In this document: one piece after another, positions 10,114 to 19,927 of the stretch
Numbering within the stretch: the stretch's first letter is position 1
Layout of the letters: every line of letters begins with the position of its first letter
From: Candidatus Latescibacterota bacterium
Lineage (GTDB): Bacteria; Latescibacterota; UBA2968
Assembly (NCBI GenBank): GCA_965204745.1
Contig: OZ242010.1
Span: 4,896,001 to 4,960,000 of the forward strand
Length of the DNA: 64,000 nucleotides
Reading direction: 5' to 3'
The notes under the pieces: generated by a model
Databases searched by the model: none
Told to the model about the DNA's origin: nothing
Seen by the model: the letters and a program-made list of their open reading frames with translations, nothing else
Program-made: the position numbers and the translations under genes

Positions 10114-10968
10114 TTAGTCAGTGACCGAAAGAACGTCTCGTGCAACCTCGTGAACTTTGCCGGGGAAGGTTTGTCCCCTTATCCACATGACCGGTTGGCC
10201 TTTGCCAATTTTGTCGGCATCAGCCCATTCTGCTCGCGCGCTCAAGTAGTGCGACACATAGCTGCGTCTAAACCGCCGGCTGTGGTTGTCCGTGCTTTTG
10301 TGCAGCAGGTGGGAGTGAAACCAGATCACCGCGCCAGGGGGGACTTCCACGGCGATGCCATCTTCATCGCGGGCATCGCGGGCCAGTTTGAACTCGTTTT
10401 GCTGTGACCCCGCGATGTCGTCGTGTTCGGAAATGGCCCGTTTGTGGCTACCGGGAATCACGTACAAGCACCCGTTGTCGCGGTCCGCCGGGTCGATAGC
10501 TGTCCAAGTGCCGACGGTCGTCGCTGTTTTGAACCGCTTGCCAAAGTAAAACTTGTCTTGATGCCACGGGAATCCCAACCCGATTTTCGGGGCTTTCCAG
10601 ATGAAGAGGTTGTTGATGCCCAAAATGTCCGGGCCGAGGATATCCAAGAGCGGATCCGTCAGGCGTGGGTCGCGCACGCGCGCGAGGAACTCGGGGATGT
10701 AGCAACTCGGATGATGGATTTTGTGCATCCCGTAGATGCAGGCTCGCTCGTCTTTGCCATCTCGGACGAGGGCGTTTTGGTCGATGTGGGCCATCGGCAT
10801 TTCGCGCTTTCCAGCGACGACGTCTTCGGCCACTCGTCGGAGTTGATCGTTTTCCCCAGGGGAAAACACCTTCTCGCGCACAAAATACCCGTCTCGTTCC
10901 CAACATTGCTTTTCGTCGGGCGTCATTCGCCCGGCATGGGTTTGGGAGGATGAGGATTGATTTTTCAT
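10114..10968 (-). CDS. Phytanoyl-CoA dioxygenase (PhyH) family Fe(II)/2OG oxygenase
   Basis: WHQD, NGCLYVIPGSH, LLHKS..N.S.RFRR. Confidence 0.92.
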   Translation of the reverse strand: MKNQSSSSQTHAGRMTPDEKQCWERDGYFVREKVFSPGENDQLRRVAEDVVAGKREMPMAHIDQNALVRDGKDERACIYGMHKIHHPSCYIPEFLARVRDPRLTDPLLDILGPDILGINNLFIWKAPKIGLGFPWHQDKFYFGKRFKTATTVGTWTAIDPADRDNGCLYVIPGSHKRAISEHDDIAGSQQNEFKLARDARDEDGIAVEVPPGAVIWFHSHLLHKSTDNHSRRFRRSYVSHYLSARAEWADADKIGKGQPVMWIRGQTFPGKVHEVARDVLSVTD

Positions 10969-10980
10969 ACGACCTCCACG

Positions 10981-11976
10981 TTAGGGCATTGTCAAATCTT
11001 CGTAACCCGACAGGTGGTACTCGTAGCCCAGATAGTCCAGCAAATTGCACAACGCACGGAATGCCACGCCAAACCCATCGACCCCGCTAAAACCGCCAAA
11101 TTGCCCACCGCCCTTGACATGGGGTTCGAGGTCGATGAATACCCCCGGGACGCCCAGCTGTACAAACTTGCGGTGGAGGCGCGGCACAAGCGTGGCAAAG
11201 TCTCGCAACACCATTTCGTGCCCGGCGTCGCCTTGGTCCACGGGGATAAACCGCGTTAGCCCCCGCGCTTCTGCGCGATTGAGCATCGGGCGGTTGGCCG
11301 GCGCGTTGAATCCCTTGATGTGAATCCAGCCCAAGCCGGGTTTTGTTTTGACATATTCGGCGAAAACCCCGTCTGGGCTGTGCCCCATGCTCTCCATGTT
11401 CCCCACGTCCATGATGATGCAGGTGTTGGGATGGTCGATCTTTTCGTGCAATGCGATCAGGGTTTCGCCATCGCCGCCGATCAGATGCGATTCCACTTCA
11501 GAGCCATAGACCAAGCCCTCGGCAGCGCACAGCGCGACGATCTCCGAAAGCTGATCCGCCGCTTGATCGAGGTGATCCCATGGATTGGAGCCAGCGGGAT
11601 GGTAATAGCTAAAACCGCGAATGAGCTTTGTGTCAAATGCGTGTGCGAGTTCGATGGCCCGCTTGACATCGGTTGCCAGATATTCCCGAAACGGCACATA
11701 GCGGTTGTCCGTTCCATCTTCCACATCCAGCAACTTCACTTTGCCGAGCGGGGAGCCGATGCTCGACACGGCAATGCCAAATTCGCGGTGCAATTTTTGG
11801 AGCGTTTGAATCTCCTGCGCGGTCAATTCCATCACATTTTTGACGCCATTGCCCACGTCGATAAATCGAATCGTGTAGTAGGACAAACCGAGGGCGCGCA
11901 TCATGGTGAATTGCTCTTCGGCCCGCTTGCTCACGGGCCCCTCGTCTGCAAAACCCGACAAAATCACTTCAGCCAC
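10981..11976 (-). CDS. Sugar-phosphate isomerase/epimerase (xylose-isomerase-like TIM barrel)
   Basis: LSGFADE, SIGSPLGK, E.E, DVGN, HIK, LEPH metal ligands; AGAAAGGAG RBS before GTG. Confidence 0.82.
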   Translation of the reverse strand: MAEVILSGFADEGPVSKRAEEQFTMMRALGLSYYTIRFIDVGNGVKNVMELTAQEIQTLQKLHREFGIAVSSIGSPLGKVKLLDVEDGTDNRYVPFREYLATDVKRAIELAHAFDTKLIRGFSYYHPAGSNPWDHLDQAADQLSEIVALCAAEGLVYGSEVESHLIGGDGETLIALHEKIDHPNTCIIMDVGNMESMGHSPDGVFAEYVKTKPGLGWIHIKGFNAPANRPMLNRAEARGLTRFIPVDQGDAGHEMVLRDFATLVPRLHRKFVQLGVPGVFIDLEPHVKGGGQFGGFSGVDGFGVAFRALCNLLDYLGYEYHLSGYEDLTMP

Positions 11977-11989
11977 GACAATCTCCTTT

Positions 11990-12427
11990 CTACGGATCGG
12001 GCCAAACCACGGGAATAGAACGCCGTGTACCCGTTCCCTGATCACATTTGGGCGTTATCTCAATCGTTTGACTCGCCCTAAAGTCCACAGTGTCCAGCGC
12101 AACGCTTGTTGCAAAAGTACACGATCCGCCAGGGGCGATCTCGGCAGGCGTGCAGGCGGTTTCACTCGCGCCCAATTCAGCGGCATTCTCCCCCAATACG
12201 CGCGTGGCGACCTTGAGACCCGTGAGTGCCACCCCCGATTGGCTATCGACCCCGCCGCGCAGGCGGATAAAACTCGATGGATTTTCAGACGTGTCCGGTG
12301 GCTCGCCCAGAATGGAGGGGTTGCCCACAACCGTTAAATCTTCGGGTACAAAAACACGCGACCCGGTGGTGTTGTCGCCAGAACACCCCAACAAACAGAC
12401 AGACAAAAACCACATGGCGTATTTCAT
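11990..12427 (-). CDS. Hypothetical lipoprotein
   Basis: MKYAMWFLSVCLLGC signal peptide/lipobox; GAGG RBS. Confidence 0.65.
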   Translation of the reverse strand: MKYAMWFLSVCLLGCSGDNTTGSRVFVPEDLTVVGNPSILGEPPDTSENPSSFIRLRGGVDSQSGVALTGLKVATRVLGENAAELGASETACTPAEIAPGGSCTFATSVALDTVDFRASQTIEITPKCDQGTGTRRSIPVVWPDP

Positions 12428-12509
12428 CGCAACGGCCTCTCTTTGGAAAAGTGACGCTGGGCGTTTGATTCACAATATACACGCGAAAATTTTATTGGGC
12501 AAGGAAGGA

Positions 12510-12551
12510 TCAGTTGTCAGTTGTCAGTTGTCAGTTGTCGGTTGTCAGTCC
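12510..12551. repeat. Heptamer tandem repeat (TCAGTTG) x6
   Basis: Direct reading; two further TCAGTGG units at about 12569. Confidence 0.88.
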
Positions 12552-12748
12552 GCCCAACCCGACCCCGATCAGTGGTCAGTGGTTAGAAGTGGTTGCCTTG
12601 GGGAGAGCGGTGGTTTTTCCATATCTCAAGTTTTCGCTGGATATCCTACTGTTGTCGGGTTGGGTTGAATGTACATAGTGAGATAGGTATTGTCAATTGT
12701 GTATGGCCTGTTTTGGACATGCCACAACCGAACGCAGAGAGAACGCGA

Positions 12749-12778
12749 TTGACAAGCCCGAATCCATCTGGATATATT
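12749..12778 (+). promoter_or_regulatory. Putative sigma70 promoter upstream of menC
   Basis: TTGACA-18 nt-TATATT. Confidence 0.55.
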
Positions 12779-12816
12779 TGCAAAATGGGCAACCATTCAC
12801 AAGAGGTTTTGGGATT

Positions 12817-12903
12817 ATGGACAGGCTTCGCATTGCGGCGATTGGAGCGGGGGCACAGTCGGGCGCAGATCGCAACCAACCCTCGAAAAGGTTAGGGCGA
12901 TAA
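12817..12903 (+). pseudogene. N-terminal remnant of a Gfo/Idh/MocA-like oxidoreductase
   Basis: MDRLRIAAIGAG... resembles the Rossmann start of this family; stops after 28 aa; GAGG upstream. Confidence 0.45.
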
Positions 12904-12928
12904 GTCCCACAAAAAAAGGAATCGAACC

Positions 12929-14038
12929 TTGAAAATTGATACTACGGAAATACGGTATGTCGAGTTGCCGTTGATTTCGCCGTGGCGCACGGCGTATGGC
13001 GAGGATGCGACGGTGCATTCGGTACTGGTCAAATTGTCTGGGGAAGGTGCCGAAGCGTGGGGCGAGGCAACGCCGCTTTACGCGCCGACCTATTCGTCCG
13101 AATCCGCCCGGTCCGTTTATGAGACCGCACGGGAATTTTTTTTGCCGCGATTGGTGGGGCAAACCTTGGACTCGGCGCGAGATGTCATGGATAGGCTGGC
13201 GATTTTTAAGGGCAATCCCTTTGCCAAAGCAGCCGTGGAAACCGCGTGGTGGGCATTGGACAGCACCTTGAGGGGCATCCCCTTGTGGCAGTCCTTGGGG
13301 GCGAGTGATCCGACTGTGGCGTGCGGCGCAGATTTTGGCGTGCAAGATACCATTGACGAACTCTTGTCTCTGATCCAAGGCGCGGTGGATGACGGGTATC
13401 CGCGCATCAAGTTGAAGGTCAAGCACGGATGGGATATCGACGTGCTCCGCGCTGTGCGGTCGGCATTTCCGGATCCCGTCATGCATGTGGATTGCAACGC
13501 GGGCTATGATTTGCACTCGGATTTTGACGCGCTCAGGGCGTTTGATCAATTCAATCTGGCGATGATCGAACAACCGTTAGATCACCTCGATCTGATCGAA
13601 CACGCCGAATTGCAACGCCAAATCGCAACGCCCGTGTGCTTGGACGAATCCGTAAAGCGCCCCCGGGATTTTGAACTCGCCCTCAAGTTGGGCGCGTGTC
13701 GCGCAATCAACGTCAAACCGGGCCGCGTGGGCGGCTTGTTCAACGCGCTGCAAATTCACGACTTGGCGCGCAACGCGGGCATGGAAGCATGGGTGGGCGG
13801 CATGTTGGAAAGCGGCATCGGCGCCGGGATTTGCGCGGCCTTGGGCACATTGCCCGGGTTCACCTATCCCGCAGATGTGTTTCCCTCTTGCAAGTTCTAT
13901 ACCGAGGACATCACGGATCGCTGGATCGAGCAGGATGAAAATTGCAATGTGGTGCTAGATGACACGCCCGGCGTAGGCTTTGATCCGGTTCCCGACCTGT
14001 TGGAAAAGGTGACGGTGATGAGGGCAGAGCGCGGATGA
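12929..14038 (+). CDS. menC: o-succinylbenzoate synthase / N-acylamino acid racemase (enolase superfamily)
   Basis: RIKLK, VDCN, MIEQP, CLDES, INVKPGRVGG, WVGGMLESG. Confidence 0.85.
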   Translation: MKIDTTEIRYVELPLISPWRTAYGEDATVHSVLVKLSGEGAEAWGEATPLYAPTYSSESARSVYETAREFFLPRLVGQTLDSARDVMDRLAIFKGNPFAKAAVETAWWALDSTLRGIPLWQSLGASDPTVACGADFGVQDTIDELLSLIQGAVDDGYPRIKLKVKHGWDIDVLRAVRSAFPDPVMHVDCNAGYDLHSDFDALRAFDQFNLAMIEQPLDHLDLIEHAELQRQIATPVCLDESVKRPRDFELALKLGACRAINVKPGRVGGLFNALQIHDLARNAGMEAWVGGMLESGIGAGICAALGTLPGFTYPADVFPSCKFYTEDITDRWIEQDENCNVVLDDTPGVGFDPVPDLLEKVTVMRAERG

Positions 14039-14042
14039 AAGC

Positions 14043-14086
14043 GGGGAAAGAGGAAGAGGGGAGAGGCAAGAGGGGAGAGGCAAGAG
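14043..14086. repeat. Heptamer tandem repeat (GGGGAGA/GGCAAGA)
   Basis: About six purine-rich units directly after the menC stop. Confidence 0.75.
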
Positions 14087-14246
14087 GGCCATCGTCAAGT
14101 TGACGAAAGGCAAGCGGGGAAGGGGGGAATGGCGATGGGTCTTGCGAGGGATTGTGCGAGGGGGGTTTGGGTTTCTATGGCGTGATCCATTCGCGCAAAG
14201 CCATCAAAACAGCCAGGGATACAAACCTTTAAGAAAGCCATGCGCT

Positions 14247-14285
14247 CCCCCTTTCCTTGTAGGAAAGGGGGCCGGGGGGATAGGT
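14247..14285. repeat. REP-like palindromic element
   Basis: Perfect hairpin CCCCCTTTCCT-tgt-AGGAAAGGGGG followed by CCGGGGGGATAGGT, between convergent genes. Confidence 0.6.
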
Positions 14286-14407
14286 CTATGGCGGCGGATG
14301 CGAAGGACACAGCGGATGGGATCGCACTTGGGCGGATGGGCGGGCTAGGGATGGGCACGCACGGGCGGATGGGTGGAAGCGGGGATGGGATTCACCGTTT
14401 CGCATGT

Positions 14408-15532
<1,125 letters not shown>

Positions 15533-15613
15533 GAACGCGCCTCGGTCAATGAACGATGAACGATCAACCCCGAATATCTGAGTGCGAACAACTGCCTTGG
15601 GGCGGTGTTGGGA

Positions 15614-15641
15614 CTGACAACTGACAACTGACTACTGACCA
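15614..15641. repeat. Heptamer tandem repeat (CTGACAA-like) x4
   Basis: Direct reading; contains the pyrC stop codon. Confidence 0.8.
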
Positions 15642-16915
15642 CTTAGTTGGTATGTGACGCGCCCGCCCAAGATCGTCATTGCGGCTCGGCCTTTTAGGGT
15701 GCAACCGTGAAAGGGCGTGTTGCGCGATTTGGAGTTGAACGAATTGGCGTTTGCGATCCATTCGAGATTGGGATCGATGATCGCGATGTCCGCGGGCTTG
15801 CCCACCGAGAGGCTACCGCCTTCGATGCCGAGAATGCGCGCGGGTTCTGCGGTGAGCTTGGCAATCACCTCTGAAAGCGAGAGCAGGCCGGTGTGGACGA
15901 GGTGGGTCAGCAGAACGCCGACTGCGGTTTCAAGGCCGACGATGCCATTGGGAGCGTCGGCAAATGCGCGCAATTTTTCCCGCGTCGTATGGGGTGCGTG
16001 GTCCGTGGCGAGCGCGTCTATGGTGCCGTCTTGCAAGCCCGCGATGATGGCTTGGCGATCTGCTTTGGAACGCAATGGCGGGCTCATTTTGCCCGCGGTG
16101 CCCAAGATACGCACGTCTTCATCGGTCAGGGCGATGTGATGGGGCGAGGCTTCGCAGGTAACGGGCAGGCCCTCGGCTTTGGCCTGCCGCACGAGGTCCA
16201 CAGCGCGTTTGACACTCAAGTGCAAGACGTGCAGGCGTCCGCCGGTTTGCCGCACGAGGTCGATGTCGCGCTCGACCATGCCGGCTTCACCCTCTGCGGG
16301 CATGCCTTTCAAGCCGAGTTCGCGGGAGACCGCGCCTTCGTGCATGTGCCCGCCGCGCGTGAGGGCAAAAACTTCGGCGTGGGGATACACGGCAAAGCCA
16401 TTGCATGCAGCGCGTTCCAAGAGTTCGCGCATCGAGGCGGCAGATTCAATGGGCAAGCCGTCGTCGGAAAAGCCAATGGCCCCGGCGTTGAGCAGCGCGT
16501 CCGTGTCCGCGAGGGTTTCGCCCTGCATTTTTTTGGTCGCACACGCGATGGGATACACGCGCGCATCCGCACGTTTTGCCTGTTGGGCGATGTAGCGGAT
16601 GATTTCCGGGTTGTCTATCGGCGGGTCCGTATTGGGCAAGCAGGCCACGGACGTGAACCCCCCGGCAGCAGAGGCTCGGCATCCGGTTTGGATGGTCTCT
16701 TTTTCGGCAAAGCCCGGATCGCGCAGGTGGACGTGCATATCCACGAGCCCGGGCGCGACGATTTTGCCCGAAGCGTCGATGGTTTCCGCGCCAGTGATGC
16801 CGAGGCCGGGTTCGATGCACGCGATGCGGCCGTTCTGAACGAGCAGGTCGGCTGTTTCGTCGCGGCGATTGGCAGGATCGAGGACGCGCCCATTTTTGAT
16901 CAGGAGATCGGTCAT
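15632..16915 (-). CDS. pyrC: Dihydroorotase
   Basis: PGLVDMHVHLRDPG, ATDHAPH, SKSRNTPF; adjacent to carA. Confidence 0.96.
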   Translation of the reverse strand: MTDLLIKNGRVLDPANRRDETADLLVQNGRIACIEPGLGITGAETIDASGKIVAPGLVDMHVHLRDPGFAEKETIQTGCRASAAGGFTSVACLPNTDPPIDNPEIIRYIAQQAKRADARVYPIACATKKMQGETLADTDALLNAGAIGFSDDGLPIESAASMRELLERAACNGFAVYPHAEVFALTRGGHMHEGAVSRELGLKGMPAEGEAGMVERDIDLVRQTGGRLHVLHLSVKRAVDLVRQAKAEGLPVTCEASPHHIALTDEDVRILGTAGKMSPPLRSKADRQAIIAGLQDGTIDALATDHAPHTTREKLRAFADAPNGIVGLETAVGVLLTHLVHTGLLSLSEVIAKLTAEPARILGIEGGSLSVGKPADIAIIDPNLEWIANANSFNSKSRNTPFHGCTLKGRAAMTILGGRVTYQLSGQ

Positions 16916-17043
16916 TTGCGTGAAAAGTATCGGCGAGCTATGGATGTGTCAAGCGGATTTCCAGTTGACAACGGGATTCCCGCCTTGCTGTCCCGGCAAA
17001 ATTTGCGTATATATTGTAGGGCAAAAATGAGGAGGACGAACAC

Positions 17044-17274
17044 ATGAAAAAGAAACTCACAATCGCGATTGATGCAAAGGTCCACAATGAATTGCACAAG
17101 GTCATTGGGCGCGAAAATATCAGTCGTTTTATCGAGGATGCGATTCGCCTCCATGTGCTCAATCGCGATCTCGAAATGGGATATGCACAAATGGCGCGTG
17201 ACAAAGCCCGCGAAGCAGAAGCACTGGAGTGGTCGGAAGGGACATTGGGAGATGCGACAACTCGGTCTGATTGA
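17044..17274 (+). CDS. Ribbon-helix-helix addiction-module antitoxin (no toxin downstream)
   Basis: KKLTIAID...ISRFIE...LEMGYAQMA.D.AREAEALEW pattern; AGGAGG RBS. Confidence 0.75.
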   Translation: MKKKLTIAIDAKVHNELHKVIGRENISRFIEDAIRLHVLNRDLEMGYAQMARDKAREAEALEWSEGTLGDATTRSD

Positions 17275-17300
17275 TTAAGTGAAAACACAAGCCACAACAA

Positions 17301-17345
17301 CAAACCCGCTCGGTAGTCAATATACCGAGCGGGTTTTGTTTTTTT
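17301..17345 (+). terminator. Intrinsic terminator (possibly bidirectional)
   Basis: AAACCCGCTCGGTA-loop-TACCGAGCGGGTTT followed by a T tract. Confidence 0.85.
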
Positions 17346-17360
17346 CAGGCGACGCATTTC

Positions 17361-18668
17361 TCAATCTGCATACGCGAGGGCGGGCATGGGCACGCGGTTG
17401 CGATAGGCTTGGAAGTCGGGCAGGTTGCCGTCGGGTTCGGTTGCGAGGGGGCGCAGGTCCGTGAGGATTTCGAGGTCGTCTCGGATGTCGGCTTGTGCCC
17501 AATAGGCTTCGGACGCCTCGACTTCGCCCAAGTTGAGCGTGTTGGGGATCCAGAGCACGCGGGCGTCTTCCGGGGCGATGAGGCCGATGGACTCCAGGGC
17601 GATATCCAGAACCTCGGCGTCGGTGTCGCAATGCAAGGGCACCGCGCCTGCGGAAACGTGTTGCCCGGTGATGACGTTGGTATAGGTGGCGTGGTAGTCG
17701 ATTTTATCCACGAGGCGGCGCGTGGTAAATTCGGCCATGCCTAGGCCCGTGGCATTGCCGTGCGTGGCTTCGGTGAGGTCGCGCACGAAAATCCGCAACA
17801 CGCGCGGGGTTTCATCGCCCATTGCGCGGCGGTCGTTGCGCTTGCGCCCGATGACGTTGGTGTCCATGCCCGCGCCGGAAATGTCTTTGCCCATTTCGTC
17901 GATGACGAGCAGGTCGATGTCGTCAAAGGGCAGGGACGGGCACCACACCTTGGATTGGGCTTGCAACACTTTTTCCCGCGCTTCAAAGTCCGCTACCGGG
18001 ATGGCTTCGATGAGCGCGGTTTCGTCATAGCCGTTTTCCAGGGTTGCCACGCCAAAGGCAATGGGCATTTCCCCGCTTATGACTCGACCGACCAAGCGCA
18101 CGATTTTGTCAAAGGAGTGGTGGATGATGGCGCGGTGGTACACGGACGCGCCTTTGTGCTTGCCTAGGCCAATGAGCATCATTTTCATCAGGCCGCTTTC
18201 GATTTCGCCGGCAAATCCCGTGTGCGGCTTGACGCGGTTGACCACGACAATGTGATCGGCTTCAGAGGCATAGCGGTCAAAGTAGATGGGCATGCCAAAA
18301 TCCGACACCCCGATTTGCACGACCGCCATCGACGATTTGATCGGGCAACCCATAGCGCGCTCGGTGATGCCATAGCCGGCCAAGACTCGGGTTTGGCCTT
18401 CGGCTGTGCCGCCGCCGTGCGATCCCATCGCGGGCACGATGTATGGGGCCGCGCCAATGGCCTGCATCTCTTCGACAATGGTTTTGATGATGGTGTCGAT
18501 GTTCGCCACGCCCCGGCTGCCCGCGGCTATGGCCACGGTTTGACCGGGTTTGATGGTGGCGCGAGGGTCAATTTTGGCGATTTCACCGCGCACGGCAGAC
18601 GCGATGTCGTCAATGCGCGGCGCGTCAAAGTGCTGGCGAATGCGGAACATATTTGGGTAAGTCGGCAT
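17361..18668 (-). CDS. Lactate racemase (LarA)-like N-terminal domain protein
   Basis: AIAAGSRG, PAMGSHGG, NRVKPHT, ESGLMKM, GKDISGAGMD. Confidence 0.75.
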   Translation of the reverse strand: MPTYPNMFRIRQHFDAPRIDDIASAVRGEIAKIDPRATIKPGQTVAIAAGSRGVANIDTIIKTIVEEMQAIGAAPYIVPAMGSHGGGTAEGQTRVLAGYGITERAMGCPIKSSMAVVQIGVSDFGMPIYFDRYASEADHIVVVNRVKPHTGFAGEIESGLMKMMLIGLGKHKGASVYHRAIIHHSFDKIVRLVGRVISGEMPIAFGVATLENGYDETALIEAIPVADFEAREKVLQAQSKVWCPSLPFDDIDLLVIDEMGKDISGAGMDTNVIGRKRNDRRAMGDETPRVLRIFVRDLTEATHGNATGLGMAEFTTRRLVDKIDYHATYTNVITGQHVSAGAVPLHCDTDAEVLDIALESIGLIAPEDARVLWIPNTLNLGEVEASEAYWAQADIRDDLEILTDLRPLATEPDGNLPDFQAYRNRVPMPALAYAD

Positions 18669-18680
18669 GGTTATCCTCCA

Positions 18681-19835
18681 TTATATGGATGCTTCGTACA
18701 GGGCGATCACGTCTTTGATCGCGGTCTTGCGCGGGTTGACTTGGATGTTGCCGCTTTTCATGGCGTCTTCGGCCATGACGCCGATGCCTTCGGCTTTGGC
18801 ACCGGCCTCGGTCAACGTGGCGGGAATGCCCACGTCGTCAGACAGGTTTTGCACGGCTTCGACCGCGAGCACGGATGCGTCAACCGCGCTTAAGCCAGCG
18901 ACCTCTTCGCCCATCGCAACGGCGATAGCCGCGAATTTTTCAGGGCAGGCATAGCGGTTGTACGCCATGATGCGCGTGAGCAAAATCGCATTGGCAACGC
19001 CGTGCGGCACGCCGTAATGCCCGCCTACCGGATGCGACATCGCATGGACATTGCCCAAGCGCGTTTGCGAAAACGCAAACCCGGCCATCGCGCTGGCCGC
19101 GAGCATGTTTTGCGTAGCTTCGTGGTTGTGGTCGCTGTACGCGGCTTGTCGCAGGTTTTGCGCGATGAGGCGAATCGCGTGCAGGGCCATGCCTTCGGAA
19201 ATGGGGTTGGACAGCAGGGAGACGTGGGATTCAATGGCGTGCGTGAGGGCGTCCATGCCGGTTGCCGCGGCAATGGGCAGGGGCAGTGCAACGGCCATGT
19301 CCGCGTCGAGAATGCCCACCTTCGGCATGACGTGCGGGCCTGGCACAGTGCCTTTGAAGTGGTTGTCGTCTGTGATCACCGCAAAGGGCGTGACTTCGCT
19401 GGCCGTGCCGTACGTGGTGGGCACGCACAAAAGAAAGGGTATGGGGCCGGGAACGGGTTTGCCCCCGATAAAATAATCCGTGATGTCGCCCCCGTGTGCG
19501 ACGAGCACGCCCGCGGTTTTTGCCACGTCCATTGACGAGCCCCCGCCAATGGCGAGCAGGAAATCGCAGTTCTCCACCCGGTATTGCGCCGCGCACGCCT
19601 CGACATTGCTAACCGGCGGATTGGGTTCAACGCCGTCGTAGATGCTGTACGCGATGCGCGCGTCGTCGAGCACCTGCGTGACGCGCGCCACGACGCCTGC
19701 CGCGACTAGGCCCTCATCCGTGACGATCTGCGCCTTTTGCACCCGCGCTTCACGCACGATTTGCGGAATCCCGCCCACTGTCCCGCGCCCCATGACGAGC
19801 CGCGTGGGGCCGTAATAACCAAAGTGATATGCCAC
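18681..19835 (-). CDS. Iron-containing alcohol dehydrogenase
   Basis: GGGSSMD, PTTYGTASE, GMDALTHAIE, HAMSH, HGVAN. Confidence 0.95.
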   Translation of the reverse strand: MAYHFGYYGPTRLVMGRGTVGGIPQIVREARVQKAQIVTDEGLVAAGVVARVTQVLDDARIAYSIYDGVEPNPPVSNVEACAAQYRVENCDFLLAIGGGSSMDVAKTAGVLVAHGGDITDYFIGGKPVPGPIPFLLCVPTTYGTASEVTPFAVITDDNHFKGTVPGPHVMPKVGILDADMAVALPLPIAAATGMDALTHAIESHVSLLSNPISEGMALHAIRLIAQNLRQAAYSDHNHEATQNMLAASAMAGFAFSQTRLGNVHAMSHPVGGHYGVPHGVANAILLTRIMAYNRYACPEKFAAIAVAMGEEVAGLSAVDASVLAVEAVQNLSDDVGIPATLTEAGAKAEGIGVMAEDAMKSGNIQVNPRKTAIKDVIALYEASI

Positions 19836-19927
19836 GATAGAACTCCTTACGCGATTTAGTGGTCAGTAAGTACCTACTGCTGGCATGATGCCATGTGATG
19901 ACCGGTCTGTGTGGTTTCAGCATCTGG

